Shown here piece after piece: positions 9,637 through 19,075 of a DNA stretch of 64,000 nt. The position numbers and the translations under genes are program-made. This stretch comes from Bacteroides sp. Its GTDB lineage: Bacteria > Bacteroidota > Bacteroidia > Bacteroidales > Muribaculaceae. Each line of letters begins with the position of its first letter. The stretch's first letter is position 1. The DNA is taken from NCBI GenBank assembly GCA_014801225.1, contig JAAVEO010000039.1:26133-90132 (forward strand), given 5' to 3'. The notes below the pieces were generated by a model. The model had not been told where the DNA came from. It made no database searches and was given only the letters and a program-made list of their open reading frames with translations.

Positions 9637-12600
9637 ATGATTCGTAAAACCGCGATTCTCATATACATTATATTCTCGATACTGTTGTCGGCAGCTTCCG
9701 TGTCGGCATCTTCTTCCGTACGTCTACATTCCACGGGAGCAGGCATCGGAACTGTGAATCTATGTTCTCTGCGAGATAAATACGGATTTCTTTGGATCGG
9801 CACCACCTCGGGCCTGGCTTGTTTCGACGGTAATGGTTATCCTGTCAACGGGAATCCGTCCGGCATAATCCGCAGCACTTCCAATATCAAGGTGAACTCG
9901 CTTTTCGAGCATGGCGACGATATATGGTTTACCACTCCTACGGCTCTTATGGTGTTCGATCGCAAACAGAACCGGATTTCTCGATTCCCCTACAAGACAA
10001 AATATAATGTCGAGATCGCATCGCATGTAGACCGTATCGCTACTGCGGATTATGACCATATCTGGATTGTGACTCAAGGCCAGGGTCTTTTCATCTTCGA
10101 TACAAAATCAAATACTCTCACTCAAGATTCACGCCACGGCTCATTCTTCTCCGACGTGACCCTCGGCAATGACGGCTATGTGTATGCGGCCGCCCTCAAT
10201 GGAGAAATAAAGAAATTCAATCCCAAGGGGGAATTGGCGGCTTCTTACTCCATTCCGGGATATACCTCTCACAAAAGCCGCGTTTCTCTCGAAACCCAGG
10301 GGCCCTCGATATGGATTACTTCCGGCTCCGACCTTTATCATCTTGACACCAAGACCGGCGCAATCTCCCATAAAATGCGTACGGACGGCATAGGAGGCAC
10401 CATCAATGCCATTCTCAACAACGCCCCCGATAACCTATTGCTCGGCACACCTGCCGGAATATGGAACTATAATACGGCCAACGGCAATTTCGAGCGCCTC
10501 TCCTTTACCGACACCCGATTGAATCCGATACCGTTCGATTCCAGAATCAATCAGCTTACGATGGATTCGGATGGAAATGTCATTGTAGTATCTCCTGGAG
10601 GGGGTATCAATGTGCTTTGTACTTCTGAATCCCCTTTCCGCTTTATCCCGGTAGAGTCAACCTACAATCCTCATAATTTCGTATATTCGCTTTGTGCCGA
10701 CACAAAGGCCCGCGGCCTCTGGGTCGGCTCGGATATGGGACTGAGTTTCTATAACTCTTTGTCGGGAGATGTGACTTTCGGAGTTGTCCCGGCAATAAAA
10801 GGAGAACCTGTATCGGCAATTTCCACTGACGGGGATATGCTTTGGGTAGGCACAGCCCGCAACGGTCTGTTCCTTCATAATACCGCCACCGGGGAGACCG
10901 AACATTTCAACTATAATGAGGATACCCCCTACTCTCTCATGAGTGACGAAATATCGGATATCTTCATTACTTCCACCGGCGAGACTTATGTGCTCACACA
11001 GTGGGGAATATGCAGGTATGAGCCTACGCGAAAGGAATTCTATACTCTCGCGGAGATGGGACAACAGAACCAGGTGGTCACGATGGCTGAAGATCGTCGG
11101 GGCAACCTCTGGGCATCCACCGTGAACGAGGGTCTCTTCATTCTCAAACCGGGAGAAAAACGCTTTACACCCTACCCAACCAAGACTTTGGATAAATCCA
11201 TAGTCAATATTATGATTTTGGGTCGTGACGGCACTTTATGGGCCGCAACCCAACAAGACGGTATTTTCCGTTTTGACAATAAGACCAAGGATTTCGTCAA
11301 GATGGAGATTCCTCTTCTTGCCAATCGTCCAATTATGGCTATGGAGGAGGATGCCGCCGGCACATTATGGATAGTATCGGGGCAAGCCTTGGTGCAGATT
11401 ACAAAAGAAGGGAAAGTTGACTTCAATTTTTCTCGTCTTGTTTTCCAATCTCCCGTACTTCGTTCCTCTGCTCTTCTCCCTAACGGAGATTTTGCTTTCG
11501 GATGCAGCAACGGATTCCAAATATTTAATCCGGCTAACATTAATCTTTACAGTGGAAGTGTCAGCACTTTCCCCACGTCTATATCTTTCCCGCTGATGAA
11601 GAGCGATGAGGAGGCGTTGGAATCGTTAGGTGTGAATGTACTGCTCTATACTACGCAGAAGATAACCCTTCCTTACGATCATAATACTTTCACTATCCAT
11701 CTCTCCGCCAATCATCCGGCTGAAGTGCCCGCCGTGAATTATGATTATATGCTTGAGGGTGTCGACAAGAATTGGAATGTAGGCAATGCGCAGTCGGAGG
11801 TGACTTATAACAATCTTGCCCCGGGCACATATCGTTTCCTCGTGCGCCCCTCGGGAATACCGAATGCGGATTCCAGAGTATTGATAATCAAGATATTGCC
11901 CCCGTGGTATCGTTCTATATGGGCATATATTGTATATGGTCTGATAGTCATCGGGGCCGTAGTAATCGCTGTGATTATAAGCCGCCGGGCGATTCGCAAA
12001 CACTATGCACGCTCTCTGGAGAATATGCGTGTGAAAAAGGAGAGGGAAGCCTGGGAATCGAAGATGCGTTTCTTCGTCGACCTTGTGCATGAGATTCGCA
12101 CTCCCCTTATGCTTATTTCATTGCCACTGGAACATCTTTCGAAGCAATTCAAGGATGTGACGGCTCATACGGATATGTTGACCAACCGGAGTTATATGGA
12201 ACGTCACATCAAAGCCGGAAGAAGATATCTCGGATCCATGCAGAATAATCTCAACTATCTACTTGGTATCACCAATCAACTTCTTGATTTCCGTAAGATT
12301 GCCAATGACAATGAATTGAATATGAACTTCAAGCGTTGCAATCTGAATACGCTTCTATCCGAAGTGCTTGTAAGATTCAAGGACCCGATGGAGACTGAGC
12401 ATAAGGATATGCAGCTTCTTCTTCCCGCTAAGCCGTTGTATGCCGTCATCGATGAGGAGAAAACCGACCGCGTGCTTATGAATCTTCTCGGGAATGCTCT
12501 GAAATATTGCAAAACGAAGGTAATGGTCACTCTTACTGAGGAGAACGGGAAAGCCCGCATCTCGATTGCCGATGACGGCAATGGAATACCTCAGGCGGAA

Positions 12601-13752
12601 CGTGAGAATATCTTCGAGCGCTATTATCAGATAAAGAATGACAAAATCGGTTCGTCGCTCGGCACCGGCCTTGGATTGGCTTATGCCAAAATGATTGTCA
12701 AGAATCATGAGGGCGATATCGAAGTGACGGAAAGCACGCTCGGGGGCGCGGATTTTATTCTTACTCTTCCGCTTGAGAGCGAGACTGCTAAGGGACTTGA
12801 TTTGAAAGATTCTGACGAGAAAATAGCAGATCCCGCCTCGGGCCCCGCCGACGCGGCTAACGGAAATCTCTCAAAAGATACAGACAATTCAGAGTCTTCT
12901 ACCGCAGAGAGCGCCGATGCTGAAAAATCCGAAGAGGAATCGTCGGGCGAGGAGATATGGAAAGAGAACACCGTTCTTGTGGTGGACGATAATAAGGAGC
13001 TTCGCGATATGATATGCGAAGGTCTGGAGAATAATTACAATGTGGTCTCCGCCTGCGACGGTGTGGATGCGCTTGAGATTCTCAAGGATATTGATGTAGA
13101 TTTCATCGTGAGCGACGTGATGATGCCCCGCATGGACGGTATCGAACTTCTACGCAAGGTGAAAGAGGATATCAATACCTGCCATATCCCCTTTATCATC
13201 CTTACGGCCAAGACAAGTCAGGAGGCTCGCGAAGAGGGTATGACTAACGGAGCGGATGTCTATCTCGACAAGCCCTTCTCTATCCAGAGTCTGATACTTC
13301 AGATTGAGAATATAAGACGCACCCGCCAATTCTTCTATCAGCGTCTGCGAGGCACAGAACCCATGCCGGTAGTGGAAGAGGCTCAGAAGCAGGCTGTGGA
13401 GGAAGAGAAACTGCCTGCCGTCAATAAGTATGACCGGGAATTCATGGATAAACTCAATGCCAAGATGGAAGAGAATTTCTCGAATGAGGATTTCACTATC
13501 GACGACCTCGCAGAGCATCTGAATATGAGCCGCTCCAGCTTCTATCGCAAGCTTAAGGCGTTGATGGGCATGACCCCGGTGGACTATATGAAGAATTACC
13601 GACTTGATGCGGCCGCACGGATGCTGCGCGAAGGCACGAGAGTGACGGAGGTGGTCTATAATGTAGGCTTCTCCTCATCCTCCTATTTCGCAAAATGCTT
13701 CAAGGAGAAATATGGTGTGCTCCCGCGCGACTATGTCGCTTCATTGCAGTGA
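9637..13752 (+). CDS. Hybrid two-component system (beta-propeller sensor, Y_Y_Y, HisKA, HATPase, receiver, AraC HTH)
   Basis: 1371 aa. Propeller repeats (GFLWIGT, GNLWAST), YNNLAPGTYRF, a TM helix, HEIRTPL, GTGLGLA, SDVMMP and a C-terminal AraC region (MSRSSFYRKLK...VGFSSSSYFAKCFK). TATCTTTG promoter element at 9593-9600. Confidence 0.96.
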   Translation: MIRKTAILIYIIFSILLSAASVSASSSVRLHSTGAGIGTVNLCSLRDKYGFLWIGTTSGLACFDGNGYPVNGNPSGIIRSTSNIKVNSLFEHGDDIWFTTPTALMVFDRKQNRISRFPYKTKYNVEIASHVDRIATADYDHIWIVTQGQGLFIFDTKSNTLTQDSRHGSFFSDVTLGNDGYVYAAALNGEIKKFNPKGELAASYSIPGYTSHKSRVSLETQGPSIWITSGSDLYHLDTKTGAISHKMRTDGIGGTINAILNNAPDNLLLGTPAGIWNYNTANGNFERLSFTDTRLNPIPFDSRINQLTMDSDGNVIVVSPGGGINVLCTSESPFRFIPVESTYNPHNFVYSLCADTKARGLWVGSDMGLSFYNSLSGDVTFGVVPAIKGEPVSAISTDGDMLWVGTARNGLFLHNTATGETEHFNYNEDTPYSLMSDEISDIFITSTGETYVLTQWGICRYEPTRKEFYTLAEMGQQNQVVTMAEDRRGNLWASTVNEGLFILKPGEKRFTPYPTKTLDKSIVNIMILGRDGTLWAATQQDGIFRFDNKTKDFVKMEIPLLANRPIMAMEEDAAGTLWIVSGQALVQITKEGKVDFNFSRLVFQSPVLRSSALLPNGDFAFGCSNGFQIFNPANINLYSGSVSTFPTSISFPLMKSDEEALESLGVNVLLYTTQKITLPYDHNTFTIHLSANHPAEVPAVNYDYMLEGVDKNWNVGNAQSEVTYNNLAPGTYRFLVRPSGIPNADSRVLIIKILPPWYRSIWAYIVYGLIVIGAVVIAVIISRRAIRKHYARSLENMRVKKEREAWESKMRFFVDLVHEIRTPLMLISLPLEHLSKQFKDVTAHTDMLTNRSYMERHIKAGRRYLGSMQNNLNYLLGITNQLLDFRKIANDNELNMNFKRCNLNTLLSEVLVRFKDPMETEHKDMQLLLPAKPLYAVIDEEKTDRVLMNLLGNALKYCKTKVMVTLTEENGKARISIADDGNGIPQAERENIFERYYQIKNDKIGSSLGTGLGLAYAKMIVKNHEGDIEVTESTLGGADFILTLPLESETAKGLDLKDSDEKIADPASGPADAANGNLSKDTDNSESSTAESADAEKSEEESSGEEIWKENTVLVVDDNKELRDMICEGLENNYNVVSACDGVDALEILKDIDVDFIVSDVMMPRMDGIELLRKVKEDINTCHIPFIILTAKTSQEAREEGMTNGADVYLDKPFSIQSLILQIENIRRTRQFFYQRLRGTEPMPVVEEAQKQAVEEEKLPAVNKYDREFMDKLNAKMEENFSNEDFTIDDLAEHLNMSRSSFYRKLKALMGMTPVDYMKNYRLDAAARMLREGTRVTEVVYNVGFSSSSYFAKCFKEKYGVLPRDYVASLQ

Positions 13753-13791
13753 AAATAATCTTTCAGAATAAGTAAAAATAATCTTTCAGAA
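13752..13791 (+). repeat. 17-nt direct repeat AAAATAATCTTTCAGAA (2 copies)
   Basis: Copies at 13752-13768 and 13775-13791 fill the gap between the HTCS and the acyltransferase. Confidence 0.8.
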
Positions 13792-13793
13792 GA

Positions 13794-14921
13794 ATGGGTA
13801 AAAGAATTGTATTCCTGGATTATATCCGGGTAATTGCGTGCTTTCTGGTGATGCTGGTACACGCCAGCGAGAATTTCTATCCTGCACCGGGAGCTACGGA
13901 TATGGCGGGTCCGATGTCGTTTTTAGCCAATGAGACCGACCGCCTCTGGGTATCGATATATGACGGATGCTCCCGAATAGCTGTGCCGCTCTTCATGATT
14001 GTTTCCGCCTTTCTCCTTGTGCCGATGAAGGAGGGGCAAAGCTCTATGGAATTCTATCGCCGCAGAGCTGTGAGAATCCTTCCACCCTTCTTGATTTTCA
14101 TTGTGCTTTACAGCACAGTGCCTATACTCTGGCATCAGATAGATATCGAGACCTCCATGACTGACCTCTCCCGCACATTCCTCAATTTCCCCACTCTTGC
14201 GGGTCATCTATGGTTTATGTATCCCCTTATCGGCCTTTATCTCTTCATTCCCATGATTTCCCCGTGGCTTGCCAAGGTATCGGCAAAAGAGGAACGATTC
14301 TTTATTGGGCTTTTCGCCTTATCTACCTGTATGCCCTATCTCAACCATTGGCTTGGAGAACTCTGGGGACAGTGCTTCTGGAATGAATTCCATACGCTCT
14401 GGTATTTCTCGGGGTATCTGGGATATCTGGTACTCGCTCATTATATCCGCGCACATCTCGACTGGAGCCGATCCAAACGACTGACAATCGGCACTATAAT
14501 GACCCTTGTCGGAACCGTATGGACCGTACTTTCCTTCTATATCCAGGCCGTACCCGGAGTGCTCCACGAGACACCCGTCATCGAGATCGGTTGGAGCTTC
14601 TGCACTATCAACTGCCTTATCTGTACTACGGGCGTATTCCTCCTCTTCACCTGCATCAAGAAGGAGAAAGCACCTGCAATAGTGGCTGAGCTCTCCAATT
14701 TAAGCTACGGAATGTATCTCATCCATATCTTCTGGCTGGGAATGTGGGTTTCCGTTATAAAAGGGGAATTCGGCACAGTAATCGAAATTCCCTTGATTGC
14801 CATCGCCACTTATCTGAGCTGTTGGGTGAGCTGCAAAGTCATCTCGATGCTTCCATACGGAAATTGGGTGGTGGGCACTGCCGGAAAACCTCGTAAACCG
14901 ATACAGACTGTGACACACTGA
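13794..14921 (+). CDS. Acyltransferase family 3 (membrane O-acyltransferase)
   Basis: RIVFLDYIRVIACFLVMLVH, AVPLFMIVSAFLL, GHLWFMYPLIGLYL and SYGMYLIH motifs; about 10 hydrophobic helices. Confidence 0.92.
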   Translation: MGKRIVFLDYIRVIACFLVMLVHASENFYPAPGATDMAGPMSFLANETDRLWVSIYDGCSRIAVPLFMIVSAFLLVPMKEGQSSMEFYRRRAVRILPPFLIFIVLYSTVPILWHQIDIETSMTDLSRTFLNFPTLAGHLWFMYPLIGLYLFIPMISPWLAKVSAKEERFFIGLFALSTCMPYLNHWLGELWGQCFWNEFHTLWYFSGYLGYLVLAHYIRAHLDWSRSKRLTIGTIMTLVGTVWTVLSFYIQAVPGVLHETPVIEIGWSFCTINCLICTTGVFLLFTCIKKEKAPAIVAELSNLSYGMYLIHIFWLGMWVSVIKGEFGTVIEIPLIAIATYLSCWVSCKVISMLPYGNWVVGTAGKPRKPIQTVTH

Positions 14922-14952
14922 TTCATTCTCCGAACAAACAAACGACTTATTT

Positions 14953-15005
14953 TACCCCCTGCGGACTCCCCTAACAGGATGCCGCAGGGGGTATTGTCAT
15001 TTTTT
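14953..15005 (+). terminator. Intrinsic terminator
   Basis: TACCCCCTGCGG / CCGCAGGGGGTA 12-bp stem followed by a T-rich tail. Confidence 0.75.
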
Positions 15006-15052
15006 CGCAGAATAATTACGATGATTGGAAAAATTTTACTATTTTTGCAACC

Positions 15053-15123
15053 ATAAGGGTTACACGCGAAAGCCTGAAGCCGCAATAAAGCGACTTCGTG
15101 AACCTGAAGTCTTCCCTTTTTAT
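15053..15123 (+). ncRNA. Candidate small structured RNA with two CCTGAAG motifs
   Basis: Follows the -7 element TATTTTTG (15040-15047). It has a closing stem AAGGG/CCCTT, an inner GAAGCCGC/GCGACTTC hairpin, two CCTGAAG copies and a terminal T-run. Confidence 0.45.
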
Positions 15124-15156
15124 GACCGTTGAACCGTCAATTAATTCGGTGTCACC

Positions 15157-16191
15157 ATGAAACAACTTGCGATAACAATAATCTCGATCCTAACATTCAT
15201 CTGCCTGATTTTATGCGGATGCAAGCGCTCGGATATCACTCCCGACTATGGAAGGGAAGTGATAGAATCCGGCAGTTATCCTCAAGCTATAAAAGTGGGA
15301 GAGTTCTATTATTTCATAATGCCCGACTCACGTCCCGGGCATATTTCCCTTCGAAAAACCGATAAGATAGAGAATCTTGGAGCCGGCGAACCTATCACAG
15401 TCTATAAGACTACTGACAGCAATATGCAACATATATGGTCGCCAGAAATTCATCATATCAAAAATAAATGGTATATCTACTTCGAGGCTGACGACGGCAA
15501 TACCGACAATCACCATCTTTACGTACTGGAGAATATCTCCCCCGATCCAACTACCGGAGTATGGAACCTTCACGGACCTATCCTTACCAACGAGGATTGG
15601 AACTATGGTATCCACCCCTCCACCTTCGCCATTGGTGACAGAAGATATCTTATATGGTCGGGGTGGGAAAAAAGGCGTACGGAGACGGAGACTCAGTGTA
15701 TATTCATAGCCGAAATGGAGAATCCCTGGACTCTGAAATCGGAGCGCGTACTAATCTCGCGTCCCGAGTATGAATGGGAAAGGCAATGGATAAATCCGGA
15801 TGGCACACGTTCGGCTTATCCTATCTTCGTAAACGAGAATCCGGAGGCTTACATTTCTCCCGACAAAAAGACCGTCATCATTACCTATTCTGCCAGCGGA
15901 ATTTGGACCAGATATTCTACTTTAGGACTTCTCCGAGCATCTACAGATTCGGATATACTCAATCCGAAGTCTTGGAAAAAAAGCGCCGAACCGGTGTTCG
16001 TTCCGCGTGAAGAAAGCCCGTATTCCGGGAGTTCGAATGTATGCCTGCTCCCCTCTCCCGACGGGAAGGAGACTCTCATGCTTTTCCAAGTAAAACCGAA
16101 CGACCGGACAATCCACAGCGATCATGACCGCGTGCTTATAAAAGCTATAACATGGGATGGTGACACTATGCCTGAATTCGGCTCATATTGA
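15157..16191 (+). CDS. GH43-family five-bladed propeller lipoprotein with atypical catalytic residues
   Basis: Lipobox-like LCGC; IWSPEIH, WYIYFEAD, YLIWSGW, VNENP and TYSAS motifs of GH43 arabinofuranosidase-like proteins. Confidence 0.88.
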   Translation: MKQLAITIISILTFICLILCGCKRSDITPDYGREVIESGSYPQAIKVGEFYYFIMPDSRPGHISLRKTDKIENLGAGEPITVYKTTDSNMQHIWSPEIHHIKNKWYIYFEADDGNTDNHHLYVLENISPDPTTGVWNLHGPILTNEDWNYGIHPSTFAIGDRRYLIWSGWEKRRTETETQCIFIAEMENPWTLKSERVLISRPEYEWERQWINPDGTRSAYPIFVNENPEAYISPDKKTVIITYSASGIWTRYSTLGLLRASTDSDILNPKSWKKSAEPVFVPREESPYSGSSNVCLLPSPDGKETLMLFQVKPNDRTIHSDHDRVLIKAITWDGDTMPEFGSY

Positions 16192-16321
16192 TATCATCTG
16201 TCAGCCTGTCAGCCTTGAAAAATTGACCTTATATACTTGTGCAAGTGGAATCGCAGCTGTTCAAACTCGTTTTTAACATTTCATAATTACCTTATTTTTC
16301 AAATAAATAAGTCAAGTGAAT

Positions 16322-16398
16322 AGATTTTGGCATTATTTGAACAAGGTTTACCGCAATAAAAGGAGTAATTAAACTTATTTTGCAGTGTGAAAACTCAG
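16322..16398 (+). promoter_or_regulatory. PUL promoter: TTTTGGC-ATTATTTGA motif plus near-consensus -7 element
   Basis: TATTTGA ends at 16340 and TTATTTTG ends at 16382, the same 42-nt spacing as the other two PUL promoters. Confidence 0.6.
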
Positions 16399-16440
16399 AG
16401 GTGTTAGCCAGCTAATCCTCAGAAACGACTTAACAGACGC

Positions 16441-18969
16441 ATGAATAAAGCTATTTACTGTGCCCTTTTGATGGGGACTGCGATTACCGTGAATGCTCAG
16501 ACTGCTGACGTATTCAAGCCCTACAAGGAGACCGAACTGCGATTGCCTTCGGTGCCCCTTTTAGTATCCGATCCCTACTTCTCCATCTGGTCGCCCTACA
16601 ACACTCTCAACGAGGGTGCCACCCGCCATTGGACCGATGATGAGAAACCTCTGGAGGGAATCCTCCGTGTCGATGGAACCAACTATCGTTTCATGGGTGT
16701 GAAGAACACCGTGATGCAAACCGTAGTCCCTATGGCCGACGAGTTGGCCTGGAAGGGAGCGATCACCCGTGAGAACCCCGGCAACGGCTGGCAGAATCCC
16801 GGTTATGACGATTCCTCCTGGACTATTGCCGAGGCGGCTTTTGGTTCGCCCGACCTCTCGAATGTACGCACAAGATGGAGCGATCAAAATTCCGACCTGT
16901 ATGTACGTCGCACCGTTGACCTCACTCCCGAGGATCTGGAGGGAAATCTTTTTCTCATATATTCTCACGATGATGTGTTCAATCTCTACATCAACGGCAC
17001 CGAGGTGGCCAATACCGGCGAGACCTGGCGCGAGGGTGTGAAGCTTGAGCTCACTCCCGAGATGAAGAAGCTCCTCAAGCCCGGCAAGAATGTGATAGCA
17101 AGCCACTGCCATAACACCACAGGGGGAGCCTATACCGATTTCGGTCTTTATCGTAATCTGAGTGTGGACGATGGTTCTACTCTCAATGCACGTCAGAAAG
17201 ATGTGGATGTCACCGCCACTTCCACTTATTATACTTTCGATTGCGGATCGGTGGAACTTAATCTCGTATTCACTGCTCCGATGCTCATCGATGATTATGA
17301 TCTTCTTTCTTCTCCGATCAATTATATTTCCTATCAGGTGACTTCCACCGACGGAAAGGCTCACGATGTACAGCTTCTTCTCACCGCTTCTCCTCTTATT
17401 GCCCAGAACAAGGCTTTCCAGCCCACTGTCTCTACTTTCGAGCAGAAGGATGGTGTGACTTACGTGAAGACCGGCACTATCGAGCAGCCTATCCTTGCCA
17501 AGACCGGCGACCATATCTGCATCGACTGGGGCTACCTCTATATGCCCGCTATCAACGGTCAGGTGTCGCTCAATACGGATGAGGCTATCAAGACTTCCTT
17601 CCTACGCTCGGGCAAACTCCCGCAGACTCAGACCGAGATGGTGGCTTACAATGCCGGACAGGCTCCCCTGCTCGCTTATATGCACGATTTCGGCACTGTG
17701 AAAGAGGGCGCAAGCTATGCAATGGTAGGATATGACGAGGTGTACGACATCGAATACTTCTTCAAGCGCTACAAAGGGTATTGGGCACATGACGGCCAGG
17801 TGAGCATCCTTGATATGTTCAAACGTCTTTCCAATTCCTACAGCTCCATCATGAAGCGCTGCCGCGAGTTTGACAAGACCATCTATGAGGATGCTTACGC
17901 AGTAGGCGGCAAGGAGTATGCCGAGCTTCTCTCCGGCAACTATCGCCACGTGATTGCCGCTCACAAGCTCTTTGAGGATGAGAACGGCAATCTCCTCTTC
18001 TTCTCCAAGGAGAATGACTCCAACGGCTGTGTGAACACTGTTGACCTCACTTATCCCGAAGCTCCTCTCTTCCTTTGCTATAATCCCGAGCTTCAGAAGG
18101 CTATGATGACTTCTATTCTCGATTACAGCAAATCCGGAAGATGGACTAAGCCTTTCGCTGCTCATGACCTCGGTCAGTATCCCCGTGCAAACGGTCAGGT
18201 GTATGGAGGCGATATGCCTCTCGAAGAGGCCGGCAACCTTCTGACTCTCATCGCTCAGGTATGTATGCTCGATGGCAACGCCAATTATGCCAAGCCTTAT
18301 TGGGATATCCTCAAGACTTGGACCGACTATCTCGTGGAGAACGGTCAGGACCCCTCCAATCAGCTCTGTACCGACGACTTCGCCGGACATTGGGCTCTCA
18401 ATGCCAACCTCTCCATCAAGGCTATCATGGGTGTAGCCGGCTTTGCCGAGCTTGCCGCTCTCAAGGGTGACACCGCCGAGGCGGAGAAATATATGAATAT
18501 CGCAGCCGAGATGGCCAAGAAGTGGGAGGCCACCGCTAAGGAGGGCGACAAGAAGAATGCTCACTATCGCCTTGCATTCGATCGTCCCGACACTTGGAGC
18601 CAGAAATACAACATGGTTTGGGATAAGCTCTGGCAGACCAATCTCTTCCCCAATAACGCAATGCAGACCGAGATCGACTACTATCTCACAAAGCAGAACC
18701 GTTACGGTCTGCCTCTCGACTGTCGTAAGGATTACACAAAGAGCGACTGGATCATGTGGACCGCAGCCATGGCTCCCAATCAGAAGACTTTCGTAAAATT
18801 CCTCACACCCCTCTACAACTACGCTAACGAGACAGCGACCCGCGTACCTCTCAGCGACTGGTATGACACAAAGACCGGTTTCAAGACCGGCTTCATGGCC
18901 CGCTCCGTAATCGGCGGCCATTGGATGCCCCTCTTCGCTTATAAGCTCGGCTTGATGCCCGCTAAATAA
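16441..18969 (+). CDS. GtaA/'glutaminase A'-like protein (DUF4964/DUF5127/DUF4965/DUF1793 type), probable six-hairpin glycosidase
   Basis: 842 aa with a signal peptide; PSVPLLVSDPYFSIWS, FSKENDSNGCVNTVDLTYP, HDLGQYP, MPLEEAGN, QLCTDDFAG, WSQKYN and YTKSDW motifs. Confidence 0.9.
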   Translation: MNKAIYCALLMGTAITVNAQTADVFKPYKETELRLPSVPLLVSDPYFSIWSPYNTLNEGATRHWTDDEKPLEGILRVDGTNYRFMGVKNTVMQTVVPMADELAWKGAITRENPGNGWQNPGYDDSSWTIAEAAFGSPDLSNVRTRWSDQNSDLYVRRTVDLTPEDLEGNLFLIYSHDDVFNLYINGTEVANTGETWREGVKLELTPEMKKLLKPGKNVIASHCHNTTGGAYTDFGLYRNLSVDDGSTLNARQKDVDVTATSTYYTFDCGSVELNLVFTAPMLIDDYDLLSSPINYISYQVTSTDGKAHDVQLLLTASPLIAQNKAFQPTVSTFEQKDGVTYVKTGTIEQPILAKTGDHICIDWGYLYMPAINGQVSLNTDEAIKTSFLRSGKLPQTQTEMVAYNAGQAPLLAYMHDFGTVKEGASYAMVGYDEVYDIEYFFKRYKGYWAHDGQVSILDMFKRLSNSYSSIMKRCREFDKTIYEDAYAVGGKEYAELLSGNYRHVIAAHKLFEDENGNLLFFSKENDSNGCVNTVDLTYPEAPLFLCYNPELQKAMMTSILDYSKSGRWTKPFAAHDLGQYPRANGQVYGGDMPLEEAGNLLTLIAQVCMLDGNANYAKPYWDILKTWTDYLVENGQDPSNQLCTDDFAGHWALNANLSIKAIMGVAGFAELAALKGDTAEAEKYMNIAAEMAKKWEATAKEGDKKNAHYRLAFDRPDTWSQKYNMVWDKLWQTNLFPNNAMQTEIDYYLTKQNRYGLPLDCRKDYTKSDWIMWTAAMAPNQKTFVKFLTPLYNYANETATRVPLSDWYDTKTGFKTGFMARSVIGGHWMPLFAYKLGLMPAK

Positions 18970-18981
18970 GGTATAAAAAAG

Positions 18982-19023
18982 GTTGTCTGAAGATGTTTTA
19001 ATTTCGAAATATCTTCAGACAAC
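18982..19023 (+). other. Intergenic stem-loop (RNA stability or partial termination)
   Basis: GTTGTCTGAAGAT...ATCTTCAGACAAC inverted repeat without a downstream U-tract. Confidence 0.6.
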
Positions 19024-19075
19024 TACCCAATCCGATTTTTCATTTATCAGACAACAACAATAATAACTTAATATC

